From positions 11,956-75,955 of the forward strand of contig CAZDVO010000004.1 in the NCBI GenBank assembly GCA_964508905.1: 64,000 bases of DNA, in the 5' to 3' direction. This document shows, in pieces, positions 9,594 to 19,196 of this stretch. A program made the position numbers and the translations under genes. Within the stretch, counting starts at the first letter, position 1. Every line of letters starts with the position of its first letter. The notes below the pieces were generated by a model. That model saw only the letters and a program-made list of their open reading frames with translations. It had not been told where the DNA came from and did not search any database. This DNA comes from an uncultured bacterium. GTDB taxonomy: Bacteria > Omnitrophota > Omnitrophia > Omnitrophales > Aquincolibacteriaceae.

Positions 9594-10187
9594 TTACAGA
9601 TACTTATTCACTTTAACGGAGGTGCCCTGCTCGCTCAGCCCCTCATATTTATCGGACGAACCTCCGCCTTGCTTAGCGATTAAATCAATGTTAATACGCC
9701 GGACATTCGCGGGAACAGCCGTCACGGCCTCGGCGGCGTCATAATAGGTAAAAAGCGAGCCCCCGCCTCCCGACAAGTCCATATCCGAGGCCATGAAATA
9801 AGGGATCATCGCCGGTCCCCCGGGAGCGATCGTCCTGCGGATTTCTCCGCTGGTCAATCGATACGTGATCGTCTGATCGTCCTGGTTGGTGAAAACGATC
9901 CGATTGGCCAAAGCGGTGGTCACGGCCTTGCAGAAACGGAGTCCCTTCGCCTGGTTATCCCCCTCCACCATGATCTCCAACGCTTCCGCCGCGACCAGAT
10001 CGGCCTGCACCTGATTGGGAAGATAGAACGAATGCTGGAGCATATAGCGCATTAAATGCAATCCCGCGACCGAGAGAAGCGATGCAATGAGAATGACCAT
10101 CACCAACTCGACCAGCGTAAACCCTGCTCGAGACAGGAAACGCATTTTAGGGCGCCTCCGCATGGTCTGAAAAACTCGATTGGTCAT
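9594..10187 (-). CDS. Minor pilin / pseudopilin with prepilin-type N-terminal methylation motif
   Basis: 'RAGFTLVELVMVILIASLL' is a class III signal (G|FTLVE). Confidence 0.7.
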   Translation of the reverse strand: MTNRVFQTMRRRPKMRFLSRAGFTLVELVMVILIASLLSVAGLHLMRYMLQHSFYLPNQVQADLVAAEALEIMVEGDNQAKGLRFCKAVTTALANRIVFTNQDDQTITYRLTSGEIRRTIAPGGPAMIPYFMASDMDLSGGGGSLFTYYDAAEAVTAVPANVRRINIDLIAKQGGGSSDKYEGLSEQGTSVKVNKYL

Positions 10188-10262
10188 AACAAGCTATCCT
10201 TCATAGAAACTTGCCTCAAAAAAATCTCCCGGTCTCTAACGGGGTAAATCCTTGATCTTTTT

Positions 10263-10670
10263 TCATGGCGCGTACGTCACATCTTTCGCGATCGACGCAT
10301 ACAACGTCACAAGGATATCGGAGGTCCCCGTGCGCTTCGCCGTCATCGTAATATCTTTTCTTTCGGCCCCGTTGGCTCCAGCCACCGTCACAACCGTCCA
10401 GACGATATGGTAGGCGGCAATCGTTGAGCTCCCGGATGCGAGCGACGCGTAAGAAATATTGTGAAGACGTTCCATCTCGCGACGCGCAAGATTCCCGGCT
10501 CCGGTAAGATCGGTCGAGGCGATCATCCCCCGGATCTGCGCCCCGACCATGGCCGCCGCGGGGATCGAGATCGCGAGAAGGATCACCATTGCCATAACAA
10601 GTTCGACGAGGGTCACGCCCCCTTGAGATCTCTTCCGCATGAACACTCTCCGGATCATGGCCGCGGGCAA
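10263..10670 (-). CDS. Minor pilin / pseudopilin (GspI/PilV-like)
   Basis: 'SQGGVTLVELVMAMVILLAI' prepilin motif; 135 aa. Confidence 0.7.
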   Translation of the reverse strand: MPAAMIRRVFMRKRSQGGVTLVELVMAMVILLAISIPAAAMVGAQIRGMIASTDLTGAGNLARREMERLHNISYASLASGSSTIAAYHIVWTVVTVAGANGAERKDITMTAKRTGTSDILVTLYASIAKDVTYAP

Positions 10671-11737
10671 GGCGTCGCGCCGCTTCCCGCGCAGGTGGAA
10701 TTATAATAAGCCTTTATTTCGGCGGCGGTCTTTTCACAAGGGTAGGCATAAACCTCATCCACCGTACCAATAAAGCGGGTTGTGGCGCTATTCGTAACAA
10801 GCGTTCCGATCTGCAATGCACCGGTCGTCGTTCTCGCGACGCGAACGGTAGAATTGTTCGCTAACGGCCCCCCATTTAAATACAGGCTCAGCCCATCCGC
10901 CCCCCAGGTCGCCACGACGTGATACCAGGTATTCAGCGACAAATTCGTCCCTCCATTTAATGTCCGGCGAGTGCCCCCGGCATCCCGAAGCACCAACTGA
11001 AGGCGACGATTGCCACCATTCCGCCGGATCCCGATCCCGTAGGCCTCATCTGCCTGACTCGAAAGAGCCCCCTTATGCACGATGCCGGTCCCGGTATTAA
11101 CCTGGGCGGTGTTGTAGATCCAGGCCATCAAAGTCCCGGCCGTTGTAAAATTCAGGCCGGCGGTATGCGGCACGGTGACGTAGCGATGCGCAGGGGTCGT
11201 GTTGAAACTGAGCGCGGTCCCAACGCGGCCCGCGACCCACGGAGGACTGTTGACGAGCGTCCCCACATACGGCGCTGTCCCAGTGGTGTTTCCCGAGCCC
11301 TCGCTGAACGACCACGAGATCGGATCGCAGCACACCGGCGGAGGGATGCCTGTGCCATCGCCTTCGCGATAGATGCTGAATTGACTGGAGGCGGGATACA
11401 CTTCCGCGAACACCGTGCGGGAAACGGAGTTGCCGGCTGCGATTGAAGTCCCAACCGACTTGAGCTGATAAACATTCGAGCATTGAGCAACGACCGTCAC
11501 GGCGATCTGGTTATTGGCGTCCCAGTGGGGCACGGGAAGCGGGGTCCCCGTCGACTTAATGTTGAAGAGCGCTTGATGGATCCCCGCCTGAGCGAGGTAC
11601 AACGCCTTCATGTTCCGGGCTTGAGTGTCATGGCGGGTGACCGAGGCGGTAATGAAGAAGGTAAGTCCAAAAACAACGATAGGGACGATCATGACGACGA
11701 TCAATACCGTCATAAGAGCAAAACCATTGCTCTTCAC
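10655..11737 (-). CDS. Large pseudopilin (GspK/PilX-like N-terminus) fused to a LamG/concanavalin-like lectin domain
   Basis: N-terminal 'MKSNGFALMTVLIVVMIV' hydrophobic pilin-like segment. The C-terminal ~200 aa contain 'TLMAWIYNT...WYHVVATWGADGLSLYLNGG...IGTVDEVYAY', typical of LamG_3/laminin-G jelly-roll domains. Confidence 0.55.
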   Translation of the reverse strand: MKSNGFALMTVLIVVMIVPIVVFGLTFFITASVTRHDTQARNMKALYLAQAGIHQALFNIKSTGTPLPVPHWDANNQIAVTVVAQCSNVYQLKSVGTSIAAGNSVSRTVFAEVYPASSQFSIYREGDGTGIPPPVCCDPISWSFSEGSGNTTGTAPYVGTLVNSPPWVAGRVGTALSFNTTPAHRYVTVPHTAGLNFTTAGTLMAWIYNTAQVNTGTGIVHKGALSSQADEAYGIGIRRNGGNRRLQLVLRDAGGTRRTLNGGTNLSLNTWYHVVATWGADGLSLYLNGGPLANNSTVRVARTTTGALQIGTLVTNSATTRFIGTVDEVYAYPCEKTAAEIKAYYNSTCAGSGATPCPRP

Positions 11738-11825
11738 GAAAGCCCCCTTTAAAAGGAAAAAAGAACCGATGGCGTCCTCACGGCCACCACCGGTTCAAGA
11801 TCACGAACAAACAAAGAACGCGAGT

Positions 11826-12215
11826 TTAATCGACAAAGGCACCCGTTGCCGCCGTGTACGTATAAGTGTTCCCTGCCGGCCCCGTATAAGTCGTCGCGGA
11901 GGCCTTGGTCCAATCCTGCTGGATCCCGTCCTGATCGAGCACTGTGGTAAAACATTTATTGCTGGCCGAACAGGCCGCCGTGGAAGCGGCATCCAGCGTC
12001 GCGGGATACGCTTTATTCTTGGCAAAATACGTGTAGATCCCGGACCGGACCCCGCCGACCACACCTTTTTCAGCAGCTTCCTTGGCATCGGTCTGAAGAT
12101 CGTAATATTTCGGAATGGCCACGATCGCCAAAAGCCCCAAAAGCACGATCACCATGATCAGTTCAATAAGGGTAAAACCTTTTCGATTCTTGAACATCGG
12201 GATTCTCCTTTGCAC
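11826..12215 (-). CDS. Type IV major pilin / GspG-like pseudopilin
   Basis: 'KGFTLIELIMVIVLLGLLAIVAIPKY' is a canonical prepilin leader plus N-terminal helix with E5; 129 aa. Confidence 0.82.
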   Translation of the reverse strand: MQRRIPMFKNRKGFTLIELIMVIVLLGLLAIVAIPKYYDLQTDAKEAAEKGVVGGVRSGIYTYFAKNKAYPATLDAASTAACSASNKCFTTVLDQDGIQQDWTKASATTYTGPAGNTYTYTAATGAFVD

Positions 12216-12228
12216 TGGTTGTTAAATC

Positions 12229-13443
12229 TTAGCCTCGAAAGATTGCGATCATATTCCACATCGGGAGGAACATCCCGAGAGCCATCACAAAAACCATACC
12301 GCCCAACACCACGATCAGCATCGGCTCGATCAACACCATCAAATTGCTGACCGTGTACTCCACCTGCATATCATAATAGTCCGAAACTCTTAAAAGCAAT
12401 TCATCAATTTTCCCGGTCTCCTCACCGACCCGAACCATCCGCACCACCGATGGTGGAAAAACACCGCTTTCTTTCATCGGTTCGGTCATCCCGGTCCCTT
12501 CGGTCACACTGACCCGGATCTTGTCGATGGCTTGCGCGACAACGCTGTTATCGGCGCTTCCAGCCGAAATCTCAAGCGCTTTCAACGCAGGGATCCCGCT
12601 CTGAATGAGCAAGGACATCACCCGGGCAAAACGCGACATATCCGCCTTGAGCACCAATCCCCCAAAGACCGGAACCTTAAGCAGTAGCTGATCCTTGAGC
12701 CATTTCCCATGGGGGGTCTTTAGGAACCGAACCAAGGCCACCCCCAGCACGATCGTGAGTATCCCGATCAAAAGACCGTAATGAGCGAACGCATCATGGA
12801 TACCCAGTAAAATCCGGGTCGGAAGGGGTAACGCGACACCGCTCTTGGCGAAAAGGGCCGCGAATTTTGGAATAATAAAGTTCGTGATCGCCAGGAACGC
12901 CAAAACGATCGCCGTCAACACCAAGGCCGGATAGCGAAGCGCTGATTTCACGCGCAACTGGAGTTTTTCTTCGGCTTCGCCGAGGAAGATCAACCGTTCA
13001 AGGATCTGCTCCAAACGCCCCGAAGCCTCACCCGCCCGGATCATATTCACATAGAGAACGCTAAAGATCTTGGGATAGCGCGCCATACTGTCGGAAACCG
13101 AGGCACCGCCTCGGATACTCTGGATAAGGCCATCCACGATCTTCTTGAGCACCGGGTTCCGGTCCTGCTCCCCGATCACTTCGAACGAGGCCAAGATCGT
13201 CAGCCCCGCTTTCGTCAGCGTGTAGAATTCCCGGGTAAACGCGTTGACATCGCTCAATTTAAATCGCCTGAAACGATCAAGGATATGGATATCGAGCTTC
13301 TCTTCGACCGGCGCGACAAAAAAAGGGGTGCATTCTTTCTCACGAAGTTTGACAGAAACTTCGGCTTCGGAAGCCGCGGTCATCTGCCCTTCCGCAAGTT
13401 TGCCAAACTTGTCGCGCGCCTTATAGCGGTAGAGGATCTCCAT
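12229..13443 (-). CDS. pilC: Type IV pilus platform protein PilC / GspF
   Basis: 404 aa with duplicated GspF domains and three TM segments; immediately downstream of pilB. Confidence 0.9.
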   Translation of the reverse strand: MEILYRYKARDKFGKLAEGQMTAASEAEVSVKLREKECTPFFVAPVEEKLDIHILDRFRRFKLSDVNAFTREFYTLTKAGLTILASFEVIGEQDRNPVLKKIVDGLIQSIRGGASVSDSMARYPKIFSVLYVNMIRAGEASGRLEQILERLIFLGEAEEKLQLRVKSALRYPALVLTAIVLAFLAITNFIIPKFAALFAKSGVALPLPTRILLGIHDAFAHYGLLIGILTIVLGVALVRFLKTPHGKWLKDQLLLKVPVFGGLVLKADMSRFARVMSLLIQSGIPALKALEISAGSADNSVVAQAIDKIRVSVTEGTGMTEPMKESGVFPPSVVRMVRVGEETGKIDELLLRVSDYYDMQVEYTVSNLMVLIEPMLIVVLGGMVFVMALGMFLPMWNMIAIFRG

Positions 13444-15116
13444 TACTCGATCTCGGTCACACGGAGCACTTCTTCGAGGGTCGTCACCCCGCGCAGAGCT
13501 TTCTCAAGACCATCCTGACGCAGTGTTTTCATCCCTTGCTCCACAGCCTTTTTCCGGATCTCGGGAGCCGAACTGCGCGCGTCCACAAGCGACTTGATCT
13601 CATCGGTAATGAAAAGAAGTTCGAAGATACCGATCCGGCCGGAAAACCCCGTTTGGTTACATTTCGAGCACCCTTTCCCGCGCATCAGCTGGGTGTCCTC
13701 GGGAATCCCGACGCTCTTGAGAACCGCCGGCGACGGGCGAAAGGGCTCACGGCATTTGACGCAATTCACGCGCACAAGACGTTGGGCGAGAACGCCGATC
13801 ACCGAACTGGAAAGGAGGAACGGTTCGGCTCCCATATCGATCAAACGCGCGAGCGCGGAAGGAGCATCGTTCGTATGCAAGGTCGAAAAAACCAGATGAC
13901 CGGTCAGCGCCGATTGGATCGCCATTTCCACTGTTTCCCGATCACGGATCTCACCCACCATCATGATATCGGGGTCCTGGCGCAAAAAACCGCGCAACCC
14001 GTTCGCGAAGGTGATCCCGGCCTTGGGATTCACCTGGGTCTGACGGACCCGCGGCAGCACATATTCGACCGGATCTTCGATGGTCACGATATTCTTCTCT
14101 TCGCTGTTGATCTTGGAAAGTGAGGCGTAGAGCGTCGTCGTCTTCCCGCTGCCGGTCGGACCGGTCACCAGGATGATCCCATGCGGTTGCGCGATCAGCT
14201 TCGTGAAACGGTCGAGATGCTCCTTTGAAAAACCGAGGTCCACCAGATTCGGCAGCATCGCGCGCTTGTCGAGAAGACGCAATACCACATTCTCGCCAAA
14301 CAGCGTCGGGAAGGTCGAAACGCGAATATCCAGATCCTTCCCCTCAAGGTCCAGGCGGATCTTTCCATCCTGGGGCTTCCGTGTTTCCGTGATATCCATC
14401 CCCGCCAGGATCTTGATGCGGGAAACTACGGCGCTCTGGATGGTCAAAGGAAAGGTCGTGATATGTTTCAGGAGACCATCCACCCGAAACCGGACGGAGA
14501 CGATCGTTTCTTCCGGCTCGACATGGATGTCGGACGCGCGAGTTTGAACGGCTTGAAGCATCAGGCTTTCAACAAGCTTGCTGACCGGGGTCTGTTCCGT
14601 GATCTCCCCAAGGAGCGTCTCGCTCATGCTTGGGGTCTTTTCCTTCTCCAGTGTTTTTACGATGTCCGCCATCGACCCGTAGGCGCGATAATACGTATTG
14701 AGGGCTGCCTGAAAACCGCTCACCGAGATCAGGATCGGGTCCACCACATCAAAATTCGTCAACTTGCGAACCTGATCGATCGCCACGATGTTCTGAGGAT
14801 CGACCATGCCAAGGGACAACGCCGTCCCGGTAGAAAAAAGCGGCATCACGCTGTATTTGCGCGCCACCTTTTCGGGAAGCAATTTGACCAATTCTTTGTC
14901 GAGGCGATAGTTATTGAGGTCCACATAAGGAACGCCAAGGAGAGAGGCTTTAGCGCTGGCGAGTTCTTCATCCGTAACGAACCCGCTTTTGACAAGCACC
15001 GACTCAAGCGGCTGAGTGACGCGAAAAGCTTCTTTTTTCGCCTGCTCCGCTTGGTCCGGCTGAAGCATTCCCTGTTTCACGAGCAATTCCAGCAGCTTCA
15101 CGTCTGGGATCATCAC
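13443..15116 (-). CDS. pilB: Type IV pilus assembly ATPase PilB / GspE
   Basis: 557 aa with a GSPII N-domain, Walker A 'GPTGSGKTT', Asp and His boxes, and a tetracysteine motif 'CVKC...CSKC'. Confidence 0.92.
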   Translation of the reverse strand: MMIPDVKLLELLVKQGMLQPDQAEQAKKEAFRVTQPLESVLVKSGFVTDEELASAKASLLGVPYVDLNNYRLDKELVKLLPEKVARKYSVMPLFSTGTALSLGMVDPQNIVAIDQVRKLTNFDVVDPILISVSGFQAALNTYYRAYGSMADIVKTLEKEKTPSMSETLLGEITEQTPVSKLVESLMLQAVQTRASDIHVEPEETIVSVRFRVDGLLKHITTFPLTIQSAVVSRIKILAGMDITETRKPQDGKIRLDLEGKDLDIRVSTFPTLFGENVVLRLLDKRAMLPNLVDLGFSKEHLDRFTKLIAQPHGIILVTGPTGSGKTTTLYASLSKINSEEKNIVTIEDPVEYVLPRVRQTQVNPKAGITFANGLRGFLRQDPDIMMVGEIRDRETVEMAIQSALTGHLVFSTLHTNDAPSALARLIDMGAEPFLLSSSVIGVLAQRLVRVNCVKCREPFRPSPAVLKSVGIPEDTQLMRGKGCSKCNQTGFSGRIGIFELLFITDEIKSLVDARSSAPEIRKKAVEQGMKTLRQDGLEKALRGVTTLEEVLRVTEIE

Positions 15117-15134
15117 GCCTCCCGGTCAGGACTT

Positions 15135-15512
15135 TTATGGGTTTTGGGGGCCGAGCAACCGCAGGATGGTCTTGTTGAACGTTTCGACGTCAAAGGGCTT
15201 CACAAGGTAGGCATCCGCGCCCACCTGTTCGGCAAGTTTTTTGTCCGCGTCGCTTCCCTTCGCGGACAAAATAATGACCGGCATATTTTCAAAGGACTTG
15301 TCGAACTTAAGCATCCGGCAAACCTTGTAACCATCGAGCTTCGGAAGCATCAGATCTAAAAGGATCGCGTCGGGAGCTTCCGAACGTGCCAGGTTCAGCC
15401 CCTCTTGCCCGTCGCGGGCGCTGACCGTCTCATACCCCAAAGCCCCCAACCGGGCGCAAAGGATCGCCACGATCTCAGGCTCATCATCCACCACAAGGAT
15501 CTTCCGTTTCAT
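15135..15512 (-). CDS. Single-domain response regulator (CheY-like receiver)
   Basis: 'KILVVDDEPEI...LLDLMLPKLDGY...LSAKGS' carries the receiver-domain D/D/K residues. Confidence 0.85.
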   Translation of the reverse strand: MKRKILVVDDEPEIVAILCARLGALGYETVSARDGQEGLNLARSEAPDAILLDLMLPKLDGYKVCRMLKFDKSFENMPVIILSAKGSDADKKLAEQVGADAYLVKPFDVETFNKTILRLLGPQNP

Positions 15513-15591
15513 TTCACACTCGCTCTCTCCAAAAATAAATAACTCGGCACAATCATCAACCTGCTGAGATTATCGGCATAACCCTTCTTCT

Positions 15592-16215
15592 CTAAACTTG
15601 ACCTCGGCCCCGAAGATACTCCATTAAAAGCTTCCGCAGCTTACCCAAAGCCTGGCCGCGATGTGAAACGCGATGTTTCATGGCGATCGGAACTTCACCA
15701 AAGGTTTTTTGATAAGGGGGATAATAGAAGAGAGGGTCGTAACCGAACCCCCCGCCCCCCTGGAGGTCCCGGGTAATGAGCCCATGGACCTGCCCTCTCA
15801 CCGTCCCGATCAGCTTCGCAGGTTCCGCCAGGGCGATCGCGGACTCATAATAGGCCGTCCGCTTTTCATCGGGAACATCCTTCATCAGCTCCAGAAGCTT
15901 CGAGTTGTTCGCCTCGTCACTGTGGAACTCGCCGCAAAACCTGGCTGAGAGTATCCCCGGCGTGCCGTCCAGCGCGTCGCAGCAGATCCCGGAATCTTCG
16001 CCCAAGGCTAGCGTCCCCGTTTGCTCGGCGTAGCTCATCGCCTTGATCTTGGCATTTTCTTCGAAAGTACGGCCCGTCTCATCGACGATCTGGATCCCGG
16101 GAAAATCCTGAAGCCCCAGGCATTCAACCGGAAGATCGGCAAGAAGATCGCGCAGTTCCTTGAGCTTCTTGGCGTTGGTCGTCGCGACCAGAAGTTTCGT
16201 TTTTCCGCTAGGCAT
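15592..16215 (-). CDS. rdgB: Non-canonical purine NTP pyrophosphatase (RdgB/Ham1)
   Basis: '[14 protein letters not shown]...FGYDPLF...HRGQAL' Ham1 motifs. Start taken at internal ATG 16215 (MPSGKTK), overlapping the rph stop; the ORF track extends it to 16260. Confidence 0.85.
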   Translation of the reverse strand: MPSGKTKLLVATTNAKKLKELRDLLADLPVECLGLQDFPGIQIVDETGRTFEENAKIKAMSYAEQTGTLALGEDSGICCDALDGTPGILSARFCGEFHSDEANNSKLLELMKDVPDEKRTAYYESAIALAEPAKLIGTVRGQVHGLITRDLQGGGGFGYDPLFYYPPYQKTFGEVPIAMKHRVSHRGQALGKLRKLLMEYLRGRGQV

Positions 16216-16918
16216 GCTTCTTCTGCATCGCGGCAAGTTCACGGATGCCCTTCTTGGCAAGTTTGAGAAGATGGAGAAGCGTGGCTTCGCTGAAGGGCGC
16301 GCCTTCGGCTGTTCCCTGGACCTCCACCAATTTTCCGGAGCCGGTCATCACCACGTTCATATCCACTTCCGCTTTGGAATCCTCCTTATAACAAAGATCT
16401 AACACCGGAGTTCCATTCACAACGCCGACGCTCACAGCCGCGACGGAATCAAGAAGAGGTGTTTTCTCGAGCTTACCCGCTTTCAGCAACTTGCCGATCG
16501 CTTGCGCCAACGCGATATAACAACCCGTGATCGATGCCGTCCGCGTCCCGCCATCACCCTGGATTACGTCGGCATCAAGCCATATCGTCCGTTCCCCGAG
16601 TTGTTTCAGATCGACGATCGAACGAAGACTGCGGCCGATCAGCCTCTGGATCTCCTGGGTGCGCCCCGAGAGCTTGCCTTTTGACGCCTCACGGGCGATG
16701 CGTTCGTTGCAAGAGGCCGGAAGCATCCCATACTCAGCTGTGACCCATCCTTTCCCTTCAGCCTTGCAGAAAAACGGAACTTTTTCTTCCACCGTCGCGG
16801 AACACACTACCTTAGTATCCCCCATTTCGATCAAGCAGGAGCCCGCCGCGTTTTTAAGATAGTTCGTCCGAATGCTCACCTTGCGAAGTTGATCGCTCTT
16901 GCGTTTATCGATCCTCAT
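16208..16918 (-). CDS. rph: Ribonuclease PH
   Basis: 236 aa, '[15 protein letters not shown]', 'GTRTASITG'; classic rph-rdgB adjacency. Confidence 0.93.
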   Translation of the reverse strand: MRIDKRKSDQLRKVSIRTNYLKNAAGSCLIEMGDTKVVCSATVEEKVPFFCKAEGKGWVTAEYGMLPASCNERIAREASKGKLSGRTQEIQRLIGRSLRSIVDLKQLGERTIWLDADVIQGDGGTRTASITGCYIALAQAIGKLLKAGKLEKTPLLDSVAAVSVGVVNGTPVLDLCYKEDSKAEVDMNVVMTGSGKLVEVQGTAEGAPFSEATLLHLLKLAKKGIRELAAMQKKHA

Positions 16919-16927
16919 AAGTGCCCC

Positions 16928-17641
16928 CTATTGGATGTTCATTAATTTGTGAAGCTGGATCCCGACACGAACATCGGGAAGATACTGAGTCCCGATCCGT
17001 TGCAGCCGGTTCAGAAAAGACATCAAAGGTAGATCCGGATATTTTCCACGGCCGCTCTCGCAAGGCTGCAAAAAGAGAGTCGCGCGCGGCGCGATCCGCG
17101 CCGCCATGCGGACATGTCGCTCAAAATCCCGGACATCCACGCCGCGGCTGATCACAGCCTTGAGATAAACGGTCCTTTTAGCCGCAAGCTGAAGGAATTT
17201 CTTGTGCGCGTCAAAAAAATCGCACTGACGCGTTACACTCGCGAGTTTCAAATCCATGGCGATCATATCGCAGCATTTGAGAACTTTCGAAAGTTGCCGC
17301 CACAGAACCCCGCTCGTTTCAAGAAGGACCGGAAACCCTTGCCGCCGGAGTTTCGCGCAAAAAGGAATGATGAAATCCGCATAAAGGAGCGGTTCGCCGC
17401 CCGTGAGGCTCACGCATGCGTGCGGCCCTTCACGGCGTTCGAACCTCTGAACCTCGTTCAGAACTTCTTCAAGCGACATCCTGCGGCCCTTTTTCCGGGA
17501 TTCATCACAATAGGCACAGGCCATGTGGCAGGATTCAAAGCGGACGAATAAATGACGCTGACCCGCGAGAGGGCCCTCGCCTTGAAGCGAGGAAAAGATC
17601 TCGGTAATGCGCGCGGCCGGAGGATTCGGGCGGGATCTCAT
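16928..17641 (-). CDS. queE: 7-carboxy-7-deazaguanine synthase (radical SAM)
   Basis: CxxxCxxC 'CHMACAYC' near the N-terminus, 'LTGGEPLL'; 4-nt overlap with queC. Confidence 0.8.
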   Translation of the reverse strand: MRSRPNPPAARITEIFSSLQGEGPLAGQRHLFVRFESCHMACAYCDESRKKGRRMSLEEVLNEVQRFERREGPHACVSLTGGEPLLYADFIIPFCAKLRRQGFPVLLETSGVLWRQLSKVLKCCDMIAMDLKLASVTRQCDFFDAHKKFLQLAAKRTVYLKAVISRGVDVRDFERHVRMAARIAPRATLFLQPCESGRGKYPDLPLMSFLNRLQRIGTQYLPDVRVGIQLHKLMNIQ

Positions 17642-18321
17642 GCCAGGAGCGGATCCGGGATCCCGGCTTCACGAAAGCCTTTGGCGCGCAAGACGCACGA
17701 ATCACAGGTGCCGCAAGGCTTGTCATCCCCGGCATAACAGGACCAGGTATTCTGAAAAGGAACGCCCAACTTCTGTCCCAACAAAACGATCTCTTTCTTG
17801 GTCATCGCGATAAGCGGCGCCTTGATCTCGATCCGTTTCCCTTCCGCGCCGGCCTTGGTTCCCCGCCACATCGCCGCGGCGACGGCCTCCAGATATTCGG
17901 GACGGCAATCCGGATACCCGCTGTAATCCAAGGCATTCGCGCCGATAAAGATCGCCTCAGCATTCACCGTCTCGGCGCACGACATCGCCATCGAAAGGAA
18001 CACGCTGTTCCGGCCCGGGACGTAGGTGACGGGGATCTCTTGCGCCATAGCCCCTTCGTCACGGTCCTTGGGCAATTTGATCTTCGGATCCAGGAGAGCG
18101 CTTCCTTTCCAAGGCATACTCAACGCCGCGAAATAATGCGGGATCACAAGATGCTTCGTCAGGACCCGCGCCGATGAGATCTCACGAAAATGCCGCTGTC
18201 CGTATTCCACCGAAAGCGCGATCGGCGAGTAACCTTCGGCCCGAGCCACATAGAGGCAGACTGTCGAATCAAGTCCCCCGGACAGCAGGCAAACGGCGTT
18301 CTTCACGGGACCCTCACACAT
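17638..18321 (-). CDS. queC: 7-cyano-7-deazaguanine synthase
   Basis: 'AVCLLSGGLDSTV' PP-loop and a C-terminal Zn motif 'CGTCDSC'. Confidence 0.88.
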   Translation of the reverse strand: MCEGPVKNAVCLLSGGLDSTVCLYVARAEGYSPIALSVEYGQRHFREISSARVLTKHLVIPHYFAALSMPWKGSALLDPKIKLPKDRDEGAMAQEIPVTYVPGRNSVFLSMAMSCAETVNAEAIFIGANALDYSGYPDCRPEYLEAVAAAMWRGTKAGAEGKRIEIKAPLIAMTKKEIVLLGQKLGVPFQNTWSCYAGDDKPCGTCDSCVLRAKGFREAGIPDPLLA

Positions 18322-19175
18322 TTGACGACTCTGAGCCTCTCGCCCAAGAACGCCTCGCCGATACGGGAAAAATTCCTGACAAAGTCCGTCACAAAGATCC
18401 GAAGCGGAGCGCGACGGGACTTCGGATACAAAAGGCCCTTCTTTTCAAGCAGCGCTTTCAGCCTCAGGGCCGTTGGAACGGCGGAATCGACTAAATGCAC
18501 GCGGGGCCCCATCACCTTCGCGATCACTTTTCCGAGCAGCGGATAATGCGTGCAGCCGAGGATCAAGGTATCGACCCCTTTCTTTTTGATAGCCGCAAGA
18601 TATTTCCGCGCCGCGCCAAGGGAAACATCGTCGTTGAGCCAGCCCTCCTCGGCCAAAGGCACGAAAAGAGGGCAGGGCTTCAAAAAATACTCGGCGTCGG
18701 CGCACCGGGATTCCAGACTTCGGGCATAACTGCCGCTTTCGATCGTGGCATTGGTCGCGATCACTCCGATACGCTGATTGCGCGAAGCTGCGAGGGCAGC
18801 TTCGACCGCGGGGCTGATCACATCCAGAACGGGGATCGGAAGCTTCTGACTCAATAGCTTAAAGGCCACGCTCGATGCGGAATTACAGGCGATCACCAGA
18901 GCCTTTATTTTTTTCTTCAAGAGGAAGGCCGCGCAGACAGAGGAAAGACGCCGGATCTCCGCGGTTGATTTTGTCCCATAAGGAAGATGGGCTAGATCGC
19001 CCAGATAAAGGATCTCTTCGCTGGGCAGCAGGCGCCGAAGCGCGCGAACCACGGTCAGCCCCCCCAACCCGGAGTCAAAGACACCGATGGGAGCGCGGGA
19101 CGACGGAAGAGAAGTCTTTGATCTTTTGAGCGAAGCGTTTTTCATATTGGGTTGGACTCTCACGGTTTTTTTCAA
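18303..19175 (-). CDS. murI: Glutamate racemase
   Basis: 'IGVFDSGLGGLTV', 'LVIACNSAS', 'LGCTHYPLL' motifs. Confidence 0.9.
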   Translation of the reverse strand: MKKTVRVQPNMKNASLKRSKTSLPSSRAPIGVFDSGLGGLTVVRALRRLLPSEEILYLGDLAHLPYGTKSTAEIRRLSSVCAAFLLKKKIKALVIACNSASSVAFKLLSQKLPIPVLDVISPAVEAALAASRNQRIGVIATNATIESGSYARSLESRCADAEYFLKPCPLFVPLAEEGWLNDDVSLGAARKYLAAIKKKGVDTLILGCTHYPLLGKVIAKVMGPRVHLVDSAVPTALRLKALLEKKGLLYPKSRRAPLRIFVTDFVRNFSRIGEAFLGERLRVVKCVRVP

Positions 19176-19196
19176 GCCTACAGCAACTGCCGAGAC

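Noticed and set aside
5993-9744. Long plus-strand ORFs (5993..7039, 8809..9744) across the secretin and pilMN genes
   Set aside because: Antisense shadows of confidently identified pilus genes.
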